From: Laetmonice hystrix
Taxonomy: Eukaryota
Assembly: GCA_965235115.1 (NCBI GenBank)
Contig: OZ249442.1
Coordinates: 32,736,001-32,800,000, forward strand
Direction of reading: 5' to 3'
Length of the DNA stretch: 64,000 nucleotides
The translations under genes were made by a program, and so were the position numbers. The notes under the pieces are model-generated. The model was not told the DNA's origin, did not search any database, and saw only the letters and a list, made by a program, of their open reading frames with translations. This document shows, piece by piece, positions 35,982 through 48,601 of the stretch (position 1 is the stretch's first letter; each line of letters begins with the position of its first letter).

Positions 35982-37354
35982 CTGGCAGCTGGCCTACTTT
36001 CACGTCCCTCGACTTACGATCAGTCTGTGGATAACGGGACCATCCTTTAAAAACCAAACAAATCCGGCGGCTAGAAACTGAGGTATCTCCAGCCTAGACC
36101 GGCGAACATTTTGCAGGATGACACCGAGTTGTCAGAAACGATTATAGAGCTGTCCCGTATATTAAGCCATTCTGTCCTATACATGTAGAGCATATACATT
36201 TGTAATTGAAAGTGGCCAGGCCAAGAGGATCGGTAACATGGCCTGTTTTCATCGTAATGAATTTCTCCCCTCGGCCTAGCTGTCATCATTTCTGGTGCTG
36301 CAGATATGATTAGGCGAGCACCATATAAGGTCATAATGCAGAAGGCTTACATAGATCGGGGATAATCCACAGTATAAGAGAGGTCTAATCCACATTTAAA
36401 GGGGGTCTAATCCACATTGGAAGTGGTCTTATCGTAATCCACATTAGAAGAGGGCAAATCCAGTCTTCAGGACTGGGGGGGGGGGGGGGGTAACAAATTG
36501 CATCATTAGGTTGTTACAAGTGAATCAATTCCATGGTTTTTGGGGGACAATCTGCCCAACAAACGTACTTGTTATTATACCAGTAACGTGCTGCTATTTC
36601 CAGTATTTGTGCAGATGCCGCATACTCCAGGTCGAGGGACATTTGTTTGAAACATCCTGTACTTGCGCCAATATATTTATCGCCGTAATTAGCGTTTGAA
36701 TATTTCTTTCTTCACGAATGATTACAAATAAAAATGCCACCAAACGCCCGAACATTTTAACCAAAAGTTTGAAATCAATTACAGAGGAATTAATAAAATT
36801 AGAAAAAAACATACAAAGAACTGTGATGCTGTTAAACGCTGTAAAAACAAAATGTTGAAACAAGCGAGTAGCTGCGGAGACTAGCTGCTTACTTTCGAAC
36901 GAGAGGCCCGCGGCTATAATTTCTCTGTATCTCTTTATCTTTTTCAAGCTGAAATACATTCGTTTTTGCCGATGCAAAAGAAAAGAAAAAAAACACAAAA
37001 GAAGCACAATAAAAACAACGAAGAATGGATGTCTGCACTCTTTACATCGCAAACGACAGTAATAATTATTCTCCGCGGCATTAGCCAAATGTCGACGTAC
37101 GTTCCCCTCCCCGGTTTCTCGCAATGCGCATGCGCGGTACGCCGGATGTTCACACTGATATAGATATTACGAGGACGCGCCGAATCATTGCGGCACTCGT
37201 TATTTCAGAGCACTGCAGATAGTTTGCCCGACATGTCAGGAAGGAACCTGTATTTCCCACGGACCTGTGGATGTCCTGAGGGAGCCCCCTGTCATCAGCA
37301 CATATCGTGATTAATCACCATATCGCTGACTGTACACTTCATTATGAATTCTGC

Positions 37355-37571
37355 TAGGTGTGTATTGCCCATGCCTTGGATGAGGTCATGACATACTTCG
37401 TTAGTCGTGCTAGGCCGGAAGAGTGACGTAGCAGACGACGCGTTTTCATTTTTAGGCCTATAATTAAAACATCCAAGTACTGATCTGGACCACTTATAGT
37501 AATTGGCGGACAACAAACTAATAGGTGTGTATTGCCCATGCCCCGGAGGAGGTCATGATACCCTTCGTTAG
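37355..37571. repeat. Spaced ~50-bp direct repeat pair
   Basis: TAGGTGTGTATTGCCCATGCC..GAGGTCATGA..CTTCGTTAG at 37355-37404 and 37522-37571. Confidence 0.8.
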
Positions 37572-37752
37572 ATCCCCCAGCACCCCGTTATATAGCAAAA
37601 TTTCATATGGGATCCTAGCGGCCGAATTGGATCCTTGAAAATCGGAATCGGATGCTAGAAATCTGAATCGGCAACAGGGTCAATGGGATCCTTGCTTGAC
37701 ACTGCTGGACGAAACGTGATGCGTACGCAAGCCATTGTATCACCCCCCCCAC

Positions 37753-37800
<48 letters not shown>
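37753..37800. repeat. Compound (CA)n(GA)n microsatellite
   Basis: Direct inspection. Confidence 0.95.
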
Positions 37801-37804
<4 letters not shown>

Positions 37805-39768
37805 CAGCGGCTCCATATTCTACGCCCAAGGAGGCGGCATACATTATTGTATAATGTCAACTACACAATGTCATGTTTCCCTGTCCAATGCCTTGAATTC
37901 TCCTCTCTCTAATCCGCGCCAATGTTTTGGGGGCTTCCATTCCCTCAGATCCCTGCCTCCATCATGGCAGTCTATTCCTATCTAAGTCACGGTGTCTGAA
38001 ACATTGCACTGCTCCCTTCGTGACTTTGACCCCTATTTCCGGTTTTTCTGGTGTTCACCGGGTTCAGCAATAGTCAGACCTCAATGGGGTTATTTTGGTC
38101 ATAAATCGTGGATATCGTCAAGGAGAAAACAAAGAAACTGGTGTGAACATTCCTGTTTTTGCTCAAGTCACGGTAACGCGAGATTTGAACGACATCCGCT
38201 AATCGAAGGTTGAGGTCATTCGGCGCGGCCCTGTTGACTTCTCATGACGTTACACAGTGACGTTTTCGCCTTACCAAAGCCTTACGGTTGACAGGGGGAC
38301 TTGATGGCGTGCAGCTAGCTGTTACTGCTAGCTACTGGCCCAGGGGTCTCAAACCAAACGTCCTCGGATTGGCCGGAGAGGTCAATGAAAACGACTCAAA
38401 CTGGTGATGGATAGGTTGTAGCCGGGCGTGAAGCGACAAATGGGGTTCGTTGGCTTGGACTCGTCCCCGGGGACATGGCTGTGCGAAGACGCGGGGCCAC
38501 GCCATCGTCATCTCCTGTCTGGGAGACGGGAATCATGTCATGCAACCACGGAACTGGGTCTGCTGGAAAAAGGTTTGGATGGAAAGAGGTAAAAGCAGGT
38601 TATTTGTAGGTCTAAAAGTGGGCCAAACTTAATGATTGGAACATAAAATCCCCAAATGTGCCGGGGACAACATGGTAAGACAACTGTGCCAAACAAAGGG
38701 AGTTTTTTTCTCTCGATCTTTTCTGTCCAAGCCATGTTCCATGACCAAACCGTTAACGCCAATTAAAGTCTAACTGCGCGGCTCACAGAACATATTATTT
38801 CACCGTTAAGTATTGCAGATTTTCGTTCTGCTAGGTCACGTGATCAGAGGACCGCCACGTGCAGTTTCAGATAGTACACTTCCGGTCTCATTAGGCGACG
38901 GGTTGACCTCGGGTCAAAGTAGGCCTCATGTGCATAGTGTGCAAGTTCTGGTAAGAGTTGGTGGAACATTTTCAACATTTTGATAAATGTGGAGGGCACG
39001 GAAAGACTACTTTTAAAATATTTTCTGACATGACTGACAGATATAACTAATATATATGCCAAGACTGTATATTGTTTGCTGCGGAATTTATAATAACATC
39101 CAACGTCCTATATGGGAAGGTTTGAGTGCTGCATGCAAGGATGACATGCGAATAATTTGTACGGAGATAGAAGAGTGATTGTCCTCTACAGGAGACCTGG
39201 GGCAAGAGTTAAAGTATGTAATGTTGGCCTAACCACTCCCAATTACCTCCTATGACAATCGTCTGATGCCGCATTATTACAACAAGACCTCTGGCGCCAT
39301 CTGTCGTGCCATCCAGGCTCATATTTAACCGCCACTGTGACTGTCAATTCATCCACATGTCGGGGGAGGGGGGGGGGGGGGTGGTCATTGTGGTGGTGGT
39401 GGTGGTTGTTGTTGGGGGGGGGGGGGGGCGGTACAGACATCGTATTGTGGGACGCCAACTCCTCTCTACCCGACCACCAGCAGACGACCAGACAATATAC
39501 CGATCACACACTGACCACGTGCCTGGGCCTACAGCCGGAAGTAGACTTTACGAGGCGCCACTTATGAGCGCCCCACTGATGCATGATGGATGTCACGCGA
39601 CTTTGAACGGTTTGCTCTTTGTTCGAGCGTCTCTTGTTCCTTGCTATAACTGTCCTTTTGATCTCTCTCGATCGCTCTCCGTTGTTTTCACGCCATTTAA
39701 AAAACAATCTTATGTAAAACGAATCTATGAGGCAGCTTTGCAGACGGTGTGCAAATAAATGTCAATAC

Positions 39769-39769
39769 A

Positions 39770-39851
<82 letters not shown>

Positions 39852-39871
39852 GTATTATTAGTATTAGTATT
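39769..39871. repeat. (ATT)n microsatellite grading into (AGTATT)n
   Basis: Direct inspection. Confidence 0.97.
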
Positions 39872-42281
39872 ACGTACAGACTCTATTTCTATTTACGTAG
39901 GTCTTGCACCGACGGTTGCAACTAAGGTAAGTTAAGAAAGCAGCGTTCCATCACGCCATAATATCCCAGACGTATGGTCCCATTACAAACATTGTTAGAG
40001 TTTTATATTCCCACCGCGTAGTGCGATGATCGTATTGTAGACCGGAAAGTGTACTTTCTTTTTTACACTTTTTTTTCTATTTTGTATGACGGGAGTACTT
40101 TAGTTACTGATAATTGATGGCTCTCATCGGCCATGTTACTCCAGCATTTCCTCTCGAGGAACCGGTAAGCAGCATATCAATATGATTCTCTCCCATGAGA
40201 CACGGCAGACAAAAGCAATCTCAGAAAACAGACACGTCACATTTGTATCCGTCGCCACGCTGGGACTGAACTACGAGCAGTGATGTTGATTCCCGGTTGA
40301 CCCCCCCTCTCGAGGACCAATCACGGGCTACGAGAATCGACGAGAGCTCAGTTCATGTGCCATGTTTGGCATACATATTTAGAGATAACGGGAGTGTGGG
40401 TGAGAGAGGGGGAGAGGGCGGGGATGCAGAATCAGGTTGATGCAGGTGTAGATCTACAGGATCACAAAAAACAACCTCTAACCCTAACCTTAACCCCATG
40501 ACGCCAATAATGGAACCCTGTCCGGTACACTGCTGGTAATGTAGTGATGTGGAGTTTGGTTGAGACGGGGCAGATACGCCAATAAAAATCATCATGTTTC
40601 CGCTCGGAGACGTTTCGCTGAAACAACTGGCCGATACAGCTTAATACCGAAACCAACCGAAATGATCGAAACTGCCGAATATTGACTGAAACATTCCAAA
40701 ACGACTTTAACATCATTAGATCGTTCAAACCGACATGAAACCAGCGGCAATGGGGTGTGACGATGGCCTAACAATCATAACTGACACACAGGGCATTTCA
40801 AAGTCAAAGCCCAAGCCCCAGTGTCCGTATCGTGCCCCCCCCCCACACACACCTTTAGCAGGCCATATATTTAAATTTATTGGCTTTATTTAAAGTGGGC
40901 CGCTGTAGTATTCACTGACGTACCGACTCGCATTCTTTCGCATATACTTCTGTCACCCATCTAACCTGACATGTCTACCTGTGAAAAAACACCCATAAAA
41001 CATCAGATAGGGTTAGAATTACTTCTGTCAGGCATGTCAGGGCACTGATTTGTGATCTGATAAATCAAGTAATTTATACAGTATATAGAAAGAAACCCCC
41101 CGTGCCTCGCCTTCCATAGTATCAAGATCAAAGCCCGCAGCAGCTACTGTCGTCAGAGAGACCGAACATGACGGCTGGTTCTTGCCGCACCAAGGTCGAC
41201 AAGCCGGTAAGAGTTAAAACGAACAAGGAGAGACACGCGAAGATAATTTGCTCCAGCCTTTCCTAGCTGCTGGAGTCACGACCGTTGATTTGCCGGGCGG
41301 CTATACTCCCCAACGGGGCCTACAGGAAGGAGCTTGTTCTTTTGAGATCCGGAACTGCGTGCGCATGCTTTCAAAGGGTCTTCCGATGTCTTGTGCTTAT
41401 ATCACGCGACGTCTTCCGGCTCGGGTATCGGACAACGGAGAAATAAATGGGAAGTGCTCGATATCTGAGACAACAAACGATAATTATCCTTCCACGTGGA
41501 GGTCGACTGCCATTTTTTTGTTGAGCAAATTGTACTCCGGAGGCAGAGACAGATGGGAAAGCCCAAGAAATTAAAAGGTGAACGTCCGACGTAGAGGACT
41601 TAGAGAAGAAACAATCTTAATACGATTCTCTGATTACGCCCTGGAACCAGTGCGATCGACGTCAACATTTTGAGCAAATGTAAATAAAAGCCTTTGCTTG
41701 CTTCATTCCACCTTGGTATTAGTTTGGGAGTGTTTCTTTACGAAGAAATGCCACAAGAGCATACGGTGCCGTGATGACTGCCCGATGTAATATCACTCGC
41801 CGTATTTTCCGCAACGCTAACCTTCCCAGTTCGCTCAAAATCTTCTAGACCAAATTATCCTAGATTACCCAGCGGCTGGTCAGCCTAAATTTGACTCTTT
41901 GTGCGCATGTTGACCAAGTGTCCCACCACGGAACTCGGCAGACGAATTGCTTCCTGGGATAGCAATTTATGGTTTCCACCACAAGGTGGTTGACGTAGAG
42001 ACCCATCAAGTCTCGTTTTGTCTCGGCCAACATCCCGAGACATTGCCGTCGGTATAACGGAGGACGGATAATGACCTGATGATACGTGCTAACTAGGTCA
42101 GAACGATTCATCTTATAACTTACCGCCTTAAAGGAGCTCTCTCATGACGCGACTTCAGCCATTCAAACGTGTCAAATTAACGCTTGCTTCCTTCGATAGT
42201 TGACGCATTTCCTGGGGATAGACACTTGCGGTACAGAATTGCAGGTTCCACTATCGTAAAATGTAAGTGGGGGAGAATTTG

Positions 42282-42360
42282 AGGTTGATGCCACTTACCA
42301 AGGTTGATGCTACTTACCAAGGTTGATGCCACTTACCAAGGTTGATGCCACTCTTACCAA
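42282..42360. repeat. 19-bp tandem repeat x4 (AGGTTGATGCCACTTACCA)
   Basis: Direct inspection. Confidence 0.92.
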
Positions 42361-43611
42361 GTCCTCTGCATTCATGAATGATTGCATATTGTCTGCGACA
42401 GTCTTGACTCCAATAACATTCCCCTGGGTTTACGGGCTCAATAGGCGTCTTGCTGAAATGTGGTTCAATTTGATTTTTAAACGCAGGAGTTATAACTCTT
42501 GCAAGAGGCATTCACAAAATGCTCACGCCCTACATCTGCTAGTTCAGTTGTATAATGTTCGTGTTCTTTATCTGATGAAAATATTATTTTTCTTCCAAAA
42601 TTCCGTTTTGACTTTTCTGACGAAAAGGTTCTTCAAGGATTTTGGGCAATGTTTTCTCAGGAACCCCAGATGCCCGCCTGCCTGTCTCAATTTGTTCATC
42701 CAGTGATGCGCGGAAAAGAAAACGCGCTGATACTCCGATGAAAAAATGGCGGTATAGGACAAACCAAACTTTTTTTATCTGCGGATGAATTTGCACACAC
42801 GTCCGGTGGTGAGCCTAAGCCGAATTCGCTTTCGACAACAGGAAAGGTGCATTAGTGATACGCCAAGCGCACCTGCTGCGGATGGTTAAAAATACATTTT
42901 CGCGCGCTTTCATCGTAATGGGCACCTGAGCAGACGACAGGGTAACCCTTGGCTACCTCGGAACGTCGTGATTCCGTTTAGCTGGTATATTAGACGGAGA
43001 TAGAAATATGATTTCCTTGAAAATCGATTCATCCTTTTCTTGTTGCGTTGTGCCGTTCAGGGGTTCCTCGGGAGTATGAACAAAAACCACAGATGGGAGA
43101 TTTGTTCTGTGGTGACATGGTATAGAAGTAGGACGTGCTGCAGGGATGAAACTGAAAAGCCTCGGTAACAGGTTTAGTACCTGTTAGAGCGAACGTTACT
43201 TTGCAGTATTTCTCCGTCAGTAGAAAATAATGTTAATACGAGGCGGCTATGGATTTCAGTTAAAGTGTAGTTGCTTGTAAATCTAAGGAGCGGTAGGCCT
43301 GTATTTGTTGTGAGAATACAAATATGGAGTATACGATGGTTCAGAGGTTGGAGCATGACGAATCGTAATCTTCCTCCGTAAAACCCCAAATGGCTTTAGT
43401 ATATTTCGTTTAATGGCATTTGTATATTTTTAAAAGTCGAACCAGGTCCCCATATAAATACTTTAAAACACGTAGATTTTGACAGTTCTAGAAATTTTCA
43501 ATAATTATATACACATTCAGCCCTGCCCCCAACCCGAGAGGGTTCTAACACTATCGACCCATTTGCAGGCTGTGCCCATGCCGGAGCAGGGGCTGGCGTT
43601 GGGAGGACCTG

Positions 43612-43854
43612 GCCCCGTTTTTTTTGTTTACTTTTCCACCGTGAGCAAGGATGGGCTGAGCTGAGCAAGGGTGAGCATGAGCTCATTCTCACCGTTTTCG
43701 CGTTTTTGGGGGTTGCTTTTTTTCATGAGGCGTGCTCATGGTGAGCAAGCTCGGGGAAAAACACCCCAAAAAAGGTTAGCATGAGCTTTTGCTCACCCTT
43801 GCTCAGCTCAGCTCACCCTTGCTCACGGTGGAAAAGTAAACAAAAAACCGGCCC
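43612..43854. mobile_element. 243-bp foldback MITE, PIF/Harbinger type, CTG target-site duplication
   Basis: ~65-bp TIRs (GTTTTTT(T)GTTTACTTTTCCACCGTGAGCAAGG..GCTGAGCTGAGCAAGGGTGAGCA) at 43612-43678 and 43790-43854. CTG sits at 43609-43611 and 43855-43857. The neighbouring repeat unit shows the uninterrupted site GGAGGAC-CTG-ACACT. Confidence 0.88.
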
Positions 43855-46800
43855 CTGACACTATACCCATGCCTGAGCAGAGCTGGCGTTGGGAGGACCT
43901 GACACTGTGCCCCTGTGTCTTCATGTTTCCTTTAATTGCTAATACGGACACAATGCACTGACTGATACCGGATATTTGACTTTAATATCAAATTGAAACC
44001 ATGTTGTCTTTAGTCAAAGGGCATAACGTTTTTATATTGGCAGCCTGGTGATGAGCACGAAAGGTAATTCTATAGCGTCTATAGTATTCTCTCCATCGTA
44101 TGCCAAAAGAAATAATGGCAAAATATAGTGGATTTTGTTTTCTATTTAACAGGCGAGAACTCAAATAACGTCCTATTTCTACGACATATTTTTCATCAAC
44201 AGTAGTTGTTTTCTCTTCTCACATTGTAGCCATAGACCGGAAGCTCCATCTGCTCTATTACCAATATGCTATCGAGAATTATATCTAGCCAGCAGAAATT
44301 GCTGAACTTCAACCAAGGCAGATCGCAGCCGTAGTGCCAGCGATTTGTCGGCCCCAGATCAGTGGCGCGCGGCTGGGGTCTGTTAGATGTAAAGAACTAT
44401 GAAGTGGCATTAGAAGCCATACTCTCTCAAGGCTTGACCTCCATTAGTGGGGAATAGCCTGCAATTTGAACAGCACAAAGAGCATGCCATTGGCGGATAG
44501 TGCGCTGGTCGGGAGCAGCCGGCTTCCGGCCCTTGGTCAGGTCTTCAATTTGGCCACTAGGGGGAAGGCTTACAAGTCGGCCAGAGGTGCGGGCGAAAAG
44601 GCGCACATGGAAGTAATTCCCCTCGAACGAATAGATTGAAATCCTTGTCTCGTGGGGAACAGGGTTGTTCCTTAGACCACAACCAGAGAATTTGCAATGT
44701 CTCTTTATATAGTCGTCATGCTTCTACGAGGTAAATGTATAGAGGAGGGGGTCATAGGAGAAGAACGTAAACAAAAACGATGAAAAATAAATATTTTTGA
44801 AGGAAATAAAATTGCAAGGTTGAATTTCAGAATTCACAACTCAGTAATATGATAATGGAATTGACGTCAATGTGGTCAAAGAGATTGAAGAGTTGGCTAT
44901 CAAGCCTTTCTATTATGTTCGCTATCAGGCTAAAAATAGGTCTATTTGCCGTGCCTCCACCATAAAGAACGTCTGCCTTGTATCGGCCCATTTTTTTAGC
45001 CTTCACCACCAGACAGAAATAAGGCGGTACTTGTCAGATAGACATCCAGCACTGTGCACAAGAGCGCAGCCAGGGCGTGGGACTTTTACGTCCCCTGCAG
45101 CTTGTTCGACTCATGTATGTAACCCTCAATGAAATGTTCGTGCCATTTGTCTGCGTGAGGGTTGAGTCTATAGCTGGCCAGGGAACCCCGATGATGGGAT
45201 CAATTCCCGAGCTTGCAGGCCACCAAATTTACGTCAATCGTCATTAGGACGTCAAGACGAACGCTACGTCACGACTACTATTGACCTCTCGGCAACGCGA
45301 GACTTTACGTTATTTGAGAGTACGAGCGTCCCAGGTCGTGGCAACAGCATCAATAATGGAATCGTAATGACTAAGGCAAATCCTGGCCAGAAGGCGACGT
45401 CGAAGGTGTCAACTCTGCTCAAGGAATGATGACTTATAGAATCTTATGTTCATGTGACCAAAGTGGACCATGGTAGGTCTTAACTGGAGCTTTCAAAGTA
45501 GGCGACCAGACAGGTTAGTACCCTTGGCAACCAATTCAAGAAAAAGACGTCGTTCAGATGTTAGATTTTAACGAGTAACGACAAGCCTGCATAAAGCAGG
45601 CTTCGTACCATTCACTCAAAGAAAAGGCAGATTGTGAAAAGTGTGTACCTACGCCTGGCCTCTCATTCTATTCTTGTACAGTGTCCTTTTATCGAGAAGT
45701 CGCAGGTGGCAAGGTCTGTTTTACCTTATCACTATATGGCTGTGTTGCACATCTCCAGACAAGGGCCAGGTACACAACAGTTTTTTTTCTATTCGTGACA
45801 TTTTAAATCGAAATTTTATCGAACGGAAGTTTATGCAACTGGTCCTCGGACCTTATATGGGCATATGATGTATATATCTCAAATGTATACTGGTTGTTTA
45901 CTGTAAATCTATATTTTCATTGTGTTTTCTGTAAACACAATCCTGGGTGGTATTGTGAAGGGAACACCTTAGTGAAAATTTATATCAGTAACAAAATGGT
46001 AACCTAATTGAACGTTCCATGCATGGACAGCCCCTTGCGCCGGTTCCGTAGTCCTTGCGTTTTCTAGGTCAGAAGTGAGTGCAAGTAAAACGTGCCATGA
46101 CGAGCTCTATATGAGTTCAGATTTAACCTATAGGCTATTGCCCACGGTTTTGCCCCACTATAGGGAGTTCACGTTAAACTAGGCCCTATAGGCTATTGCC
46201 CACGGGTTTGTCCCACTGGAAGCACTGAACGGTCGACGGCAGAAGATTATTCCGGATTTCCTGCCCGATTGTTTCCCGGCATTCACAGCGCGGACGCCGG
46301 AAACGCCGGCTCAGTTGATACCCACCGAACCATAGTTTGTAGGGCACGAGCCGGGTGGCTCGAGCGAACGTAGCAGAGTCTAGTTTGCTGGGCAGCGCAT
46401 GTCATCATTGGACGCAAAGTTTGCTCACGTATCACGTTGGAGCCACTATAAGCATACAAAATTATCTTACATTCAAGACGTAACTTGAGCATTCTGTACC
46501 GAAGCCAAAACGCCTATAGCTGAAGCGGCCTGATGTCTGCGGTATACGGTCGGGCCTAGTTAATGATACGGCCGGCTCATGGTATATGCGATACAGTAGA
46601 GCGGTTTATTATACGGCCCAGCTTTGCTAGTGATACGGCCGGTGTAGGTAGGGTACACGGCCCGTCCTAGTTGAAGATACGGTTCAAAGTCAGTGATACG
46701 CTCCGGCATGTAGGACCGGATCACCATGGTTAGTGATACGGTTCAGCTGAGTTGATCCGCCGCCAGGGACCAAAGATAAAATCGATCATGCAGCCGGTGT

Positions 46801-47702
46801 TGAAAAATCTCCGATAAACTCTGGACAAAACGTACATATTAGGTAATGTGAAAGTGAAAAGAGGACGAATACCTTAAAGTCTGATGGTAATGCTCTACTG
46901 AGGGTCATCAGTCTCACCTCAGGATTGATATTTCATATCAAACCAATTATTGACATCTTCATCTAGGCATTTCCTAATTGTGATGCGAAAAAGAGCTGAC
47001 GGGTGGGCCCGACCATCTTTACCTTTTTTTGAATCGGGGACAACCTTGACTGAGTGTCGTCCCAGTTGCTAGCAAACAAGGACTGGCATCGCGGGTCGTT
47101 AAAGATGCTATTCGTAGAAAAAAGTTCAATTTTTTATTTTTAATTTTGTTGACGTTTATGTGATCCCACCTGTCATGGAAATAGATTCACAACAAAGGAA
47201 ATCAACATTTTTCATGGATAACGGCATAAATGGGGCTCTCTCAGAAGGCCTGTGGAGACCCTGACACGCCCCACGTTTTAAATGCTGCACACAAACTAAT
47301 AGAACGTTTATTAGGCCAATGGTATCGGTAGGAATTTTTTCTAGTACTATGTGCACAATGTATGATAGGAGAAATGCCATTCTGTGCGAGACGAATAGCA
47401 CCTTTAAAACTATACCTTCAATGCGAACTCCCCGCTGTGTACAATTCGTCGTGAATCATGCCGTTTGATCAAATTGATGTATTCCTTCTCATCAAACTGA
47501 TCCACTGCTCACTTTTTCTTTGTTTTTACCCCATATATTTAATAAATCAGACGTTTGAAAATGTGAACCGAGCAGTTTGATTTCCGTTGCCCGCTATGTT
47601 GTTAGTCCTAATGCGCATGCGAAGGGCATACGCACTGAAGGCCAGTAGGGGAGCATAAATTTCCATCAACACACAAACAGCCAAGCACTGTCGGATGCCA
47701 AG

Positions 47703-47856
47703 ATGGAGCGCCTTGAGCAGGTAACTGCGAAGTACGCTATTCCACAGGTTTTGAAACGTGAACAGAGGGAAATCGTGGAACAGATTTTGCGTGGCAGGCA
47801 CACTTTTGGGGTACACACGTCAAGTCCACCAGCCACGCTTGATCCCTCCATTATTG
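47703..47856 (+). pseudogene. RecQ-type SF2 helicase N-terminal relic (motif 0/I), probably transposon-borne
   Basis: Reads MERLEQVTAKYAIPQVLKREQREIVEQILRGRHTFGV, then a ~10-nt deletion removing most of LPTGxG, then KSTSHA and LIPPLL in shifted frames. This matches the RecQ pattern L(K/R)xxQxExxxxxLxGRDxxxVLPTGxGKSxCYxxPxL. Confidence 0.6.
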
Positions 47857-48578
47857 CCCGAGATCCAGGCCCCCTTCTTAGATACTAACTGCTCCCTTCG
47901 TGACGTTGACCCCAGTCGCGGTTTATTTAAAATGGCCGCCGGCCGTGACGATGTCGAAGTGCCCGCTTCGTTTGAAAAATCACCTGAATCTGCTTTGTAG
48001 AAGGACTTGATCTAAGTTCATTGCACTCAATGGCTGAAGGTAAAGGCAAAAGTTCATTTGAAATGATTGGCTATGTGCGCGATAGCCTCTCATTCCGCGA
48101 CAGTTTCAAAATCTCTCATGGGCCTAGCCTTGGCTATAGGCCGAGTATACGAGGTCTATCACAGAGGCAAAGGAAAACCCAGAATGCTGATTGGTCGCGG
48201 GATATATAAAAGAAACGGCACCATTTTTACTTAGGCGACTTAAGCAAGTGACCCTGCATTTGAAATCACATTTACGTTATTTTGAGAATGAAATACCGAC
48301 TCAGATTTTATCAGCCAAAGTTTTTATTGTTGTGTTTATGACCTGAAGCGTGACATAATAACACGAATTGTAACCTAAATGAAAACAGCCGATTGTGGGA
48401 ATCTGCAGGAAGATGGATAGATACATAATGGAGATAGGAAAAAGATCCCACAGTGTGTCGACAACATCTGTTAACCTAATTCAAACGGCACGTGTAAAGT
48501 TACTTCAGGCTTATTTATTTCAGGTACGCATTAAAGTAAGCTAGAAATCTAAGAATGTCAATTTTGAGAATAGATCGC

Positions 48579-48601
48579 GTTGTTGTTGTTGTTGTTGTTG
48601 T
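48579..48601. repeat. (GTT)n microsatellite
   Basis: Direct inspection. Confidence 0.9.

Noticed and set aside
38341-38360. CAGGGGTCTCAAAC, a hAT/Charlie-like terminus
   Set aside because: No matching inverted end was found downstream.
42584-42796. SLDEQIETGRRASGVPEKT resembling a Crypton-type N-terminus
   Set aside because: The similarity stops immediately and no tyrosine-recombinase motifs follow.
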